NCBI GenBank assembly: GCA_963924565.1
Contig: OZ004612.1
Coordinates: forward strand, 13,082,001 to 13,146,000
Origin: Ascidiella aspersa
Taxonomy: Eukaryota
Length of the DNA stretch: 64,000 nucleotides
Direction: 5' to 3'
The notes under the pieces were generated by a model, which worked only from the letters and a program-made list of their open reading frames with translations, was not told the DNA's origin and searched no databases. Below, piece by piece: positions 39,589-52,900 of this stretch. The stretch's first letter is position 1. Each line of letters opens with the position of its first letter. A program made the position numbers and the translations under genes.

Positions 39589-41909
39589 TACCGAAGTGCC
39601 CTGGTCGGCCGATCAATTCGTCGCAGGTTTGTTTAATGTGTGTGTAATTGCCACTCGTTGTTTAAAGGGCGGATCCTGATCGACCTGGCTAAAACATTAA
39701 GGTTTTCGAGAAAGTCACGAGGTTGTGTAGCGGGAAGGTCGTTGATCAACACGATCAAACGCTTGCTGTTTTAATCTATAGTTTGTATTCTGCATCCGAA
39801 TGTGTGTGTAGTGGCTGCCGTTATTTAAAGCTAGAATCCTATTTCAAAATTGTGAGATTTTTCACTGTTGAGGTTAATGCCGCAACATTAATAAAAACCG
39901 CATCGGTAACTCTGTGTACAAAGTCGCACGTTAATTAATGAACAAAACAGTTAAGATATTGGACAGGTCCAGGAATAAACGATAGATGAGGAAGATAGAT
40001 ATCTCTCTAAAGTAGCTCATAACAATTATGTATAGTAAGACAAATTAAATTAGGAATTGAGAAGAAGAATAGTGAGATAAGTTAAAACTGTTTATTCGAA
40101 AAACGCAGAATTGTAACTATATTAAACGGACAGTATAACAAACATAAATCAACCCAAATAAAATAGTAACGGAATTCTTATTTAAACCACGTGAAGCATA
40201 GGCATACGTTTATTTGTTTAATGTTGTTCTGTTGTTGTTCGTTCATGTCAGTTTGGTTCCACTTTATAACTTTTCGGCCAAAATAACTAACAGTAATGGG
40301 GTCAACGTATACAGTCGACGCCACAGCGAAAAGCAACCTTGACCTTGAACGACCTCACTTACGTGGTTCATCACACAGGAGAGCAGCTTTATTTTGGCAT
40401 CGCGCAACGCAAGTGTGCCTCACACGAAACCCAAGAGACCGGGGTTTTTCCCCAACGACGCGCGATTTATAGCGAGATCGTATGACCTATGCCGAAGTCG
40501 GCGGGTCTTTTGTGGCGGCAATTGCCCCGCAATTTTATCTCGGAATCGTGCCTCGCCACAAAGGTAAGGAAAGTATAGGAATCGCGCACAGCGAGATTCG
40601 TGAAACGATAAAGCGTCACGATTGGAGCGATAGTGCCCGGCCGCGCCGCCCGACACTCGATCTACAATTTGTCAGCATTTGTAACGATCTTGCGCTTGCC
40701 CGCGCCGTCGCTTAAAACAAAAGGTGGTAAGAGGTGAGCGCGCAGTGTTCGTGTTGTTCCCAGCAGAACGAATTGCGCTCCATCAGTCGCCGGTGTGATT
40801 TGCAAGAAGGCAGACCCAGTCGTGTATTATGTTTGAACCGCAAGCCGTTTGTTTTCTGAAAGCTTTTAGGACGAAAGAAAATTTGTTGGTCTGTGTAGGT
40901 CGATTTGACACTTATTGAAAAACACGTGCCGCTGATGCGCGTAATATTGTCGTAGCGACGTTTTGTTTCCCGGAAGACGATGAATTGTTTGACGAGTGAA
41001 AATTTGTCGATCTATATAGGTCGACAATTGTCGCTGATGCGCTTAATTTGTTGTAACATAATTTTGTATTTAGATTGAATTATAATTATTAAAAGGTGAG
41101 GAAACATAGATGAATTTGATAAGAAAAAAAACGCGAACACACAACTATATGGTTGGAAATTTAAAACAAATGACCGGGGGCACATTTGGTGATTTGATCG
41201 TCCCGTTTTCTTTTCGATTAAAAAAACATAAGGTATATTTACAGACAAGTTACTGTAGCGTTTCCTTTATACCTTTAGATTAGCGTGACTAATAAAAAAG
41301 CTGCCACGGTGATATTTATTCTACATAATTGTTAAGCTATAAGGCGTTATTGTTTAAAAAGAACTATTGGCTGCAGTTCGGAAACATTCAAACCAGTAAG
41401 AAACAATGCTGTTGTTGTTGCTTGCGTTAGTAATAAATAATGTTGATTGCGTTTGTAATAAATAATAACTTAAAATGTGAATTCTCATCAAGGTTGCAAT
41501 CATTTTTTTTATCAAGGTTGGCTATCTTTGCTCGGTTATGGTTCTGGCTGTTGAAAAGCACATTATTTATTCGCCAAACCGTGTTAATTTTTGCCTAATC
41601 ACTGCTCGTCGCGTTACTATTATTTGACAGACCAACTGGTGGATGCCAAAACCACTTGGCGTCACTTGAACAACGTATTGCGTGCAGCCAACCGACTGGT
41701 TGCGCAATAGGTAAATGGGGGGTTGATGTCGCTTGCCAATAGACGATCCTCATAAAAAGAAGTCTCGCCCGTGCCAATATGCATGGGCAACTTCGGTCGA
41801 AAACGAGTCATGAAACGGCAATAGTGTTGTCACGCAAAGCGCGATGACACTCTACAGCCGGAGACTGGTTTGCATTTAAAGGTTGTTGCGATCGTCGCGA
41901 CGTGCCCCG

Positions 41910-43570
41910 GAACTCCGCACAAATTCTGCCGACGCCACAAAAAATTATATAATGTTGAGCGGGTATAAGCGTTACCTTCGTGTAAAATGAGTCAGCTTAC
42001 ACGCCATTGTGTTGATTTATCATTAACCGCACAAAAATAACATAAACGAAACCGTATATTATACAACAATTTTTTTACACTCACAATATTTTGGATTGTT
42101 GCATTCAATGTTACTATCAGGGGCTTTTAACAAGTATGAAAATAAATTGTTAAAATAATTATCTATGCTGATGAAATTTACCCTGCCACGTAATATATAT
42201 AGCCTATAGCTATAATACGTTATTATCAGAATTACATCTTGATTTAAACATGCTGGCGAAACTTACAAAACACATATATTGGAGAAATCAGAACGTGTTT
42301 TATCTTCCGCGATCTTACAGAAAAACGAAGATGAGAAAAAAACGGATGTTTCAAGCCGTACGTCAAATGCGCGGGCACCTCTAAGCAATCCTGGCGTGTT
42401 AGCAATAGGCTACAAAGGGCTTAACATATCTTTCGTAATCAGCCGATGTGCGTCACAATGCGAGAAGTATTAGCGCCAAAAGCTGAATTCGTTCGGCGGG
42501 AGAAACAAAGGCGGTTGCCGGGAGGAGTCCGAAAGGTCGGCGGCGCCGAACGCGCGAAATGTTTAGGCAAACACGTATTCAAGAAGGACACCTCGCACGC
42601 CGTCAAATCGCGGAGAAAAAAACGCTCTCGAGTTCCGATTAATTACGACCCAGGCGAAAAAATTAGCTGGCCACAGCTGTGCAGTCCGTGTGGACATAAA
42701 GAGTCGGCAAAGCTATCGAACGATTCAATAGTTGTATGAACTCCGCACAAATTCTGCCGACGCCACAAAAAATTATATAATGTTGAGCGGGTATAAGCGT
42801 TACCTTCGTGTAAAATGAGTCAGCTTACACGCCATTGTGTTGATTTATCATTAACCGCACAAAAATAACATAAACGAAACCGTATATTATACAACAATTT
42901 TTTTACACTCACAATATTTTGGATTGTTGCATTCAATGTTACTATCAGGGGCTTTTAACAAGTATGAAAATAAATTGTTAAAATAATTATCTATGCTGAT
43001 GAAATTTACCCTGCCACGTAATATATATAGCCTATAGCTATAATACGTTATTATCAGAATTACATCTTGATTTAAACATGCTGGCGAAACTTACAAAACA
43101 CATATATTGGAGAAATCAGAACGTGTTTTATCTTCCGCGATCTTACAGAAAAACGAAGATGAGAAAAAAACGGATGTTTCAAGCCGTACGTCAAATGCGC
43201 GGGCACCTCTAAGCAATCCTGGCGTGTTAGCAATAGGCTACAAAGGGCTTAACATATCTTTCGTAATCAGCCGATGTGCGTCACAATGCGAGAAGTATTA
43301 GCGCCAAAAGCTGAATTCGTTCGGCGGGAGAAACAAAGGCGGTTGCCGGGAGGAGTCCGAAAGGTCGGCGGCGCCGAACGCGCGAAATGTTTAGGCAAAC
43401 ACGTATTCAAGAAGGACACCTCGCACGCCGTCAAATCGCGGAGAAAAAAACGCTCTCGAGTTCCGATTAATTACGACCCAGGCGAAAAAATTAGCTGGCC
43501 ACAGCTGTGCAGTCCGTGTGGACATAAAGAGTCGGCAAAGCTATCGAACGATTCAATAGTTGTATGAACT
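41910..43570. repeat. Tandem duplication, 2 x 828 bp
   Basis: Units start at 41910 and 42738. Identical ORF pairs are offset by 828 (42279/43107, 42446/43274). GAACT occurs at all three junctions. Confidence 0.97.
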
Positions 43571-46500
43571 TCGCTAGGCTGTAAACACGTTGTCGTATTT
43601 TTTATTTTATTTTAGCTGTTTTGCGCAGTAAAATCAGGATAATAAGATGTATCATTTTAATAAAGGTAAAGTAGTGGCAGGTATAGGCTATGGTCAAGTT
43701 TCGGCAATTGTAGGTAAGTCGAGCTTATAGGGTAGCAAATTTTAGGGAAGGATTTATTTTGCGGATAATGTGTAGCCTCCGGCACACCGTGGGCTTTAGA
43801 TGGCGTCAATTGAGATGGATCTGTTGTAAAGTCCCAACTCCGCGTTAGAATCGGACAAAGATGTTCAGGAGATTGTTTGGTGAAGTTTTATAGTTACGGT
43901 AACTATTTTTAATAGCATTTGGGTTAACATTTTATGGTAAGGTATTATAGGAGAAGACTTTTATGTTTAATTTTTTTTTTAATATTAAGCAATCGTTTGG
44001 TTCAGATTACCCATGTGCTTGATGTGTCAGAATCGTAAGTTTTTATTTAGCAATGTTTAAACCGTTGTTGATCTGTTGTTTAGCCAGACTGTTGACCCAC
44101 GAAGAAATAAAAGATTCAGCAAAATGTGATGATAAAGTATTTGGCGATTATATCGTGAGCAATACGATTGGAATTTAGATATGTCCGCCGAATTTTGAAA
44201 CACGATATTTCCAGATAGCAAGTTCCCAAATTTAAACGCTTTTTCGATGAGCAATGAGTAAAAACCGATTTGTCCGAAAGGTCAAAATTTCCCTTTTTAC
44301 CGTTTGTTTATCGCGGCAACCTGAAACCTGGAAAAAATAAAGGCAGCCAAATTCAGGAGATAAACATCAGTTGATTTGGTGTTGCGCTCGTGAAAGAGCG
44401 TTTATTGTTTCGAGCAGTTGCCGACGAAAGTATGATGTTTTAGTACCGGTCAGCCCTTGAGGCATGGCATGATTTTACGTTGCGAAGTACGCTAATGTGC
44501 ACAAGGAACATTCAGGCTACCCTTGTCTCGTTTTGTGGGTATCTGAGTAGGATACTCTCCCAAAAAAATGGGCGAAATTTATGCTTTTCCGTAAGTGTGT
44601 GTTTGTAGACGACGTGCATGGGAGATAAAAGAGATAATAATATACTTGACACGAAATTCAGAACCAATTATAACATTCTTCTGGTAAATGAACAACCAAA
44701 AACTCTTGGTTAATTTTTTTAACTGTGAAATATTATTCTTAATTGATCTTACTTCCCTTTTCAATAGATAGAAATCGCTCTTCTGGTGTAAACGAAGTAT
44801 AAACCGACGTTAATCGCCACCAACAAAACAATTTATTGTTTTTAATAAATGAAAATGCAGTTTACAGTTTTTTTTCTGCAATTTAAATGATCTACAGCAA
44901 ATTTAAGCTAATCTTTGACTAATACCGATGTTGTGTAATTTATTTTCATATTTTGTTCGAATCGTTGTGATTCAGCAAAATTGCAAACTGACCACCAAAC
45001 AGGGGTGGCGCCAGTGACCTGCGTTGTGTCATCACTAAACGTCAGAAAAAATGCGTTGTACAAAAAAATGAAATGCTGGCACTAGGGTCGCAGACCTCGG
45101 GAAATGAATTTTTCTCTATTGTTTTATTAACTGCTCGTGCCTTTCAATATTGTAAAGGCAATAGGTACCCGCCTTATGAAAGTTCTATAACCAGTTAACC
45201 ACTCGAGTAACGTTTAGGGTTTGACGCTATATTTTATTCTAATTACTCTTTGTGTTAAATTTGTCTCGGTAAGTTAAAGAAAAATATTCAATGCGTTTAA
45301 AATATTTAAACCAATTTATTTCATCAAAATATATAGCGATTATTTTATAGTCTACATTTGTAGGGATAAAAACCATTTCTTCTTCGCAATATGATTAACC
45401 TCTCCTGTATATCATTTAAAATCGTTTAAGAAGATCCGTTCATTTATGCTACTATTCTTTTCCAACGACTATAATTCGTACAGCGATCAATCCTTTAAAC
45501 AAACGTGTCGCATTTTGCGTTGACTTATCAAATCGCTGAATTCCGACGAGGAGATTTTGCGATGCAGGCTTAAAACGCCTAAGCACCGGCCGATCGCGAA
45601 GCGTCTTATCGTTCACGACCTAATACCTTAAATCGTGCGCTTTTGTGCATCTTTTCAACCGCTTGGTACAGCGACAAAACGTCATAATGCTATACGATGC
45701 CGGGCACAACATGCGGGGAAAAACTGGTCGGGTCAGATTGCGAGATATCAACAAAGTGGCTAGATTGCTTGGGCGCGCGATTATAATGCAACGTGAGGCC
45801 AATGACACGCCAATGCTTTGGCTGGCGAGAAAACGCTCGGCAGGGATGTTACAATTTTTCTAAATGGCACATTTGCGAGTGGGCAACGATTTTGAATTTC
45901 TAAAAAATACCAATTATTGTCATTACGAAAGTTTTTTATTTACTGGTTTGCAATTCAAACACTATTAGTCCCAAAGCGTCATTCTCTTACATGGGTTGTA
46001 ACTGTTTTTCTTTAACAACGACTAACTGCTACGGTAATATTTAATTCGATAAGTGTTGCGAAAATTCGTGATTGCTTAACGTTTCGCTTAAATCCGGAAG
46101 TTATTTTGCTGGTCGTGTCACAAAGGAGGCCATTTTTTATAAGTTCTCGCACGTTTTTCTAAGTTCTCAATATCCAACGTTTTATCAAACAATCAAGCAA
46201 AACAAATCAAGATTTGGTTGTTGTTGTTATCGAAAGGTTGCCAAAGCTACTGGCATAAGAACGCATTCCTGGCGTAGGTTACGCAGAATCGCAATTCTGC
46301 GCCAGCGTTTAACGAGTCAGTTCTGGGCGATTGGCAAAAATGCACGAGGCCAACTGCGTTTTCTTGGAGCGCGTTCCCGTCTGTGGCGCACTCCTTCATA
46401 AACGTCACACACGCGCATAAGTAGCCCCCACTAATTGCCCAGTCTTGCCCATCGCAATTCAACCGCATTGAGCGAGTTCATAAAACCCCTTTAAAAAAGG

Positions 46501-46926
46501 AAAAAAGGCGCCACCCACTCTCTCCCGCGGCACGCGCTTAAACTGGCGCATATCGCCCATCGCGGTTATTCGCCTATTGTTTATCTCATACTGCATGACA
46601 AACCGCTCGCGAGGACAGCACGCGTACGAACGAACAATTCGAGCGACAAGCCGCTAATACGACGACGTGCAATGCACGCAAAAGGCTCAAGCCGCTCGCC
46701 CGTTTACCCTGTTAAGCAACGGAACTCTAGCACCTCACGATGTGCACCTTGTACCGCCAGGGTCCGAGTCAGCAGCCGTAGTTTACGAAGTAAAGCTGAG
46801 AATACTGAAAACTGCAACTTAAGGAGGCCGAAACGCGACTGCGAAAGGGAACGAAAACCTGAAGAGCAAAAACCGAGCTTTTCACGAGCGAGGATTTCCA
46901 AGGATTCCAAACGTAGGAAAGGCGCG

Positions 46927-49900
46927 ATGGTGGTGGACCTGAGGGGCTTCCTCAACAAGGCGCTGGTGCCTGCAGCGGTGCTGTTCGTCGTCGGGGTTTT
47001 TGCCGACGCGGCCGCCGTTGATGCCACGCATTACAGGGGCGGAACTATTTCCTGGAAACCGAGCTCCGACTATTCGACCAGCAACCGCAAGGTAAGTGAC
47101 CCAAACAGTTGTAGCTGATTTTCGCTTATTCGTTATCTCAACTTCAGCGATCGGGTGATACGTGAGCTCTGTATAGGTTTATTTTGCCTAGAACCTAAAT
47201 CGGGTCGAATTTCTATATTTGGTTGGACATTTGGATTAGGTTTCGCCAAAATTCACTTGACCCTTGTTACATCTTGAACTGCCGAAATTCAACATAATAG
47301 GTTCGAAGTCGTTCGGTAAAAGCTTACGTTTAATAATGATTTCTGTCAAACCTTACATTCAAACAAATGAGATGTAAAAATAAGCTTGTTTGATCAGTTA
47401 CTATATTTGTTAAGGTTTTCCATCTTTAGTGCAATGTTAAATTAGCCGAATTTTACAATTTTGCGTTGTGTTTCTCCACGGTTTGTTTCATCAAAATCAA
47501 ATTGATACAATTTGCGGTGCTTTTTGCAAGAGGTAAATTTGCAATATCAAGAAACGTGTGTCCAAATTTTTGTAACAAATTCTAATGCTCTTAAAATGAC
47601 TTGCCCGTACAGGTACAGCTGATTGTGGTCGCACGCCAGCGTTATTAATTACTACCCTTGTAATCGTACTAGTTAAGGAAATGCCCGTTTTTTTCCCGGC
47701 GCGTCCTTTTAAATTATGTAACGCAAATCGCTGCGCAATCCGTCCATCGAAAACCAGAACGTCCGCTCGTAACAGAGAGGTGACCGCGATTGACGGTAAG
47801 CGACAATTGAAAAGCGTAATGTCAACTCCCGCCGCTTAAAAATTCATGTAGGGGCCGGAAAAATGCGGCTTACGAATCGTCGCCGGGCAGACGAATCGCG
47901 GGGCCGCGCGGCCCACACCCGGTACTTTGGCGGCGGCGTACCTGGTCCCCGCAATTTGGCCCGCTTCTAAGCGACGGCGGTAACGCGAAACCGAAATTTT
48001 CCCGCGCGACCTAAACGGGCCCTGGCCATTTGTGACTAAATTGTTCTCGATTTGTTGCCTTTGGTATCAAGACCTATATGTAGATGCTACACTTATATCT
48101 GTAGTTCGATCTGTAATATACACGGGGATGAAATTTCGGATCGGGTAAAGTGGCATTTGCTGACTGTAAATGAAATGGAAACGAAACTTTTATACATTAT
48201 TACGAATGTTTTTGGTATTTTTTACCTTTACCTAAAGGCAAAGTGCGTGACATCATGAGCTTACAGCTGAGTTTAGAATCCAAATTGTTTGACTTCTGGT
48301 AAAATACTTTGTCTTTTCCGGCAGTTTTATGTTAAAGGCTTAACCATTATTTCAAGTTATACTGTTCTTCCAAACAGGAAAGAATTAGGTGTTTTTATTT
48401 GCCCAAATCCAAAGAAGCGTTTAAAATAAGGGTAAAAGTTATAATTTTAAGGCCGCATGCAATCGTGACCCACAACCTTGTTATAGGCATCTCAATTTTA
48501 TGAGGTTTCCGTGACACCGTCCCCTTCCGGTGCTTGTGCTTTTCGGGCGAAATTTGCGTTTTATTGCGGCTGTCGGAAGGTTAATTGCCAACGGTTCGAG
48601 TTTTTTTCTTGCAAAAAAGCAAAGTCGTGTTTTGGGGCCGAAAAGTGATTAGGGAGCACGTGACCAACACGCGTGCGCTATGATCACGTACACACGGCAT
48701 TGGTTTTGTGCTTTGTTCCGCGATCCCGCCTTGTGTAAGGCGCGGAATTGCAGTTTATGAACTCTGATTTTATGCTTCAAAGCACACCACTAAATGGTCC
48801 ACTATATACGCTTTCTGTTTATTATGTCATCGTAGTTCTATTTGCGCCGTATTTGAAAGCGGCCATAGTTTTCTCATGCAACCCTATGCCATTATGCAGT
48901 TTACCATCAGTAAGAATTAACCCGTTAAATCCTTGTTTTGTGGAAGAGTTGCCTGCTATATTTTATTATGGAGTTGTTAAAATATAAACTTTGTTATGGT
49001 GTGTAGTTCTTCCCAATTACAATCTAGAAAGAATGTTATAACAAAAAAATCTAGCTTTGGTTTGGGTTTAAGCCTATTCTTTATTTTAAGAATCTCGCGC
49101 TGTTCTCGAACCCCAAACATTTTGCCAGTGCCTCGCCCTTGACAAACAATAATGTGGTGTGTTTTGTCACATTTATCACAATACGATTCCTTTAATTCTA
49201 CACGGGTTTAAAAAATTCCAGTGTAGCGATTTTAAGGGCAATTGTTTCAGCGTTCTCATAAGCTATTATCGCGTTTACTAATATGGCCGCAGCTTACTAT
49301 GCGGTTTATTTGTAACTTTTTAAAATCCTGTTTTAAACAGTATTAAAATACTCATACAAACATATTACATATATGAGCGTGTATATAAATGAAAATGCTT
49401 TGAGTTTTAAATTCCTATACACACACTATTTTAAACCTAGAAATACGTTAGTTATTGTCATAATACCTAAATATCTTCTCAAACACCAGTTGACGACGGT
49501 TGAAGCGTTTTGGCCACCTTGTTTTCCGTCAGAAAGCGGTTACACTGCTCTTTGTAATTTTCCGGGAAACTTTATCACCTTTTGACCTTGGCCACATTAT
49601 GCCGTGAAACGAGGTGACAACGTTGTCCGATACAATCGCCTAGATCCGCGCCTATTTGCCGATGCTTGCTTAAACGTGGGCGTTGCTTATTATTTGTCTT
49701 GCTTGTTTTTTGTACGTTGTTTTTAAATAACGTTTTTAAATAAATTTTGGTAATTTTGCCTATTTGAAAATTGGCATTTGCCAAAAAACTAGACAAAGGC
49801 ACATTGATATCCTTTAGTTCGGTACATATATGCATATGGTGCACATGAATACAACTACAACAGTTGCTCTTCAATCACGAAAACCTCTACGTTGCTATTC

Positions 49901-52900
49901 GCTCGTATCGCATATTTTGTCGTTTCGAGCCGAAGTATTTTAACTGTACATAAACTTATTGCCACTTTAAATTAAACCAAACAATAACTGCTACATTAAT
50001 CCCGTAAAAAACGCCATGTAACCACACTGTGTTGCTATAATTACAAAACAGGACCTGTCGAATTAGTCATGAAAAGAAAAGCGAAAATGAAGCTTGAAGG
50101 TCTTGCGATCCGCGTTTACATATCTTGCGTTTAACTTATTCTCACTGTAATTACAAGTAAAGAAATATTTCCTTTTTTACATGTAAACATTACATGAGAA
50201 GCGATATAAATAATTTCCCGCCATTCCGTATAACGAAAAACAGCTTTGCACCAACCGATTGTACATTTTTCAGAGAGATTTATATTTTGAATTTAAACAT
50301 CCTCTTGCCCTTCCAGGTCGAGTTTACGTACAGACTGGCGTGGACGCGCAGTCACACGAAATGCGACCAAGAGACCGTGGACAATCGTGGACTGATTGGC
50401 GACAAGGACCTTACGTGGATGTGCCTATCAGGATGCAGCGGACCTGTGTCTCGATCTAGTAAGTCGCGAGCCTTACATGCACATGTGCTGTTATCCGAGC
50501 CCCAAATTGATTACGATTTAGTGGCAAAGATATCTTCGGGTTTTAAAGATATCTCACCTTCTTAATGCGTTAAGACAGTGGTTCTCAACCTTTTATGGCT
50601 TCCGGCACCCCTCAAAAATAATAAATAGATTTTCAGCACCGCAACTGGAATTTCATTTTACTGAAATGACAATATAAATGAAATTGGAACAACACAACCA
50701 ACTTAAAACATTTAGGTAAATATCTTTTGATATAATGGTCGCTAATCGTACACAAATAGTTGTTACCAATTAAACAAAAACCAGATGCTTGAAAATTCTT
50801 AAATGCCTATTGGCACCCTTGAGCGTTAGAAATGGTAGACCAGGGGGCGCGACACCCCCATTGAGAACCGCTGCGTTAGAAGTTTGTTACGTACGACAAG
50901 AGTTGTTGGATGTAAAACTAAGCGCTTACGACTGTGATGTGCGGAATGTGTATTGTGTTGTATTATTAACTGACTCGGGGTAAAACTGATAACCTTGACT
51001 ACTTTGTTCATGTAATTCCTAAACTTATTTTTGTCGCTGACCTATACGCTGCACGTGTGACGAACATGTTGATTGTTATGACATGCTCTACCTCCGCTTC
51101 CCAATGTGGTGTCATTATGATACCTTTCTCATTATTCGTGTTGAAACTTCAGCTGTTGGTATTTTCTATTTGAAGCAAATTAGCCAACACTCTCTTCACA
51201 GCTCAAAGCATCCGGTGTACGTCATCCATTTTGCGAATAACAAACTTAGGTTGCTCTTCAATCATGGCAACAAACCGAAATGCCGGAAGAAGTTGACGTA
51301 TTCAGTACAGTTTTGTTAGGACATGCTTTTTTGCGAAAAGAGCTAATTAGACATGCTTTTTTGCGAAAGAGCAACTATTATTCGCCATGTAACCAAAGCG
51401 AGAATAACAACAACACCAAAAGGACAACAACAAATCATCTAGTATTTAGCGTTACGTAATCCTTTCGAAACGCCGCGTTGTCATTAGTTAGTCTGGCATA
51501 GGACGTTTGTTATGTCTATTAGATCCGAATTACAGTTTGGTCTACGCTGCGTAACAATGCCATTGCCTTATAAGTCTATTTCGGTCCCCAATGGAGTGAA
51601 CGTGATGCGTTCATTGAATGTATCGAATTGAACTCTAGGGCGGTTTTGCAAACGAGCGCTGGATGTATCAATGCATCGCGTCTGATTTGTTAAAGTTTTG
51701 GCGCTTGGAGTATCTTTTTACCATATTTGCACCGTCGCGTATCTGCTCCGTTGCTTTGACGTAAAGACTGTCTGTTGCATTAAACCTATTTCTCGCCAAA
51801 TCCTCACTCTTGGACATCGACAAGGTTTTCAGGATTTTTTACGTCACTTCCACGTTTGTGATTAATCGGCAAATGCACACGGCCTATACGTAGTAACTCC
51901 TGTATTTTGAAGCGAGGCGTCATTGACGTGAACTTCCAAGAAAGCCTTGTCGGTGACGTAAATAACAAACACGCACAAAGTCACGTATACACACAGCGAC
52001 ATGACGGGTTTAAGGAGAAACCACCCAAAAATTATTTCTGCTTTGCATGAGTTCAAACCTGTCCCATTTAGAGTGTAAAAGGCTTATTACCGTTTTTCAC
52101 AAATGCACTATCCAAGAAAAATTTTTAGGTCCATTTTCTTGCCACTTATTTGGCCTTAACCAAAGTCGATTTTAGCTATTTGAAACGTGTTTGACGTTTA
52201 CCCAGTTATATTTAAAGTACAAAAGTACACAACAAACCTGTATCTTAGTAATGAACGATAAGCTATATACACTAATTATGTCGAATTTCGTAAACATAGA
52301 TTAAATATTTATTTCGTGTTTGCATGTTACCCTATTATATATTTATCATTGGGCAAACTAAGTGATATGCGAAATGTCCTTTTAGGAGTACATTGTACGA
52401 ACTTCAGCGAACCTCACGACTGGTCTACAGGAGAAAACACCTTCGAACACGTGTTTCAAGACGACCGACTCTTTGAAATTTCGTAAGTATTATTACTGAT
52501 GTAACATGTTTACAAGACAAGGAGAACAAATATCGAAAAGGCGCGTTTTAATCTCACAAACTTGATACTTAGTATTTGCAAGTTAGACAAATTAGGACGC
52601 TGGAAAAAATAAAAAAGACGCCTTAACTGTTCGCAAAGCTTTAACGGGTTGTGGTATCAAAAGATGACGTATTTCATTGTTCGTCCTATAATTCCTGTTT
52701 AGTTTTTTCTGCTCGAGTTTTGTCGGCGACAGCCACGACAAGGTTCCGGTAAAGCAGTTTATGGATCATGTCACGGTAAAGCGATTAAAGGCACTTATAG
52801 AAGCGTTGATTTTCAGTCCGTTGTTTAATCGTTGGCTTGCCGAGAATCCTGAAATCCAAGCACCGGTAAATAATGCAACAATGACTTATCCAGCGTTGAG

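Noticed and set aside
42279-43567. Repeated 64-aa and 97-aa ORFs as duplicated small genes
   Set aside because: Non-ATG starts and no recognisable motifs; they are a by-product of the 828-bp duplication.
46672-46926. Upstream in-frame ATG extending gene B by 85 aa
   Set aside because: The extension is basic and low-complexity, and the ATG at 46927 directly precedes the signal peptide. Probably 5' UTR, though not formally excluded.
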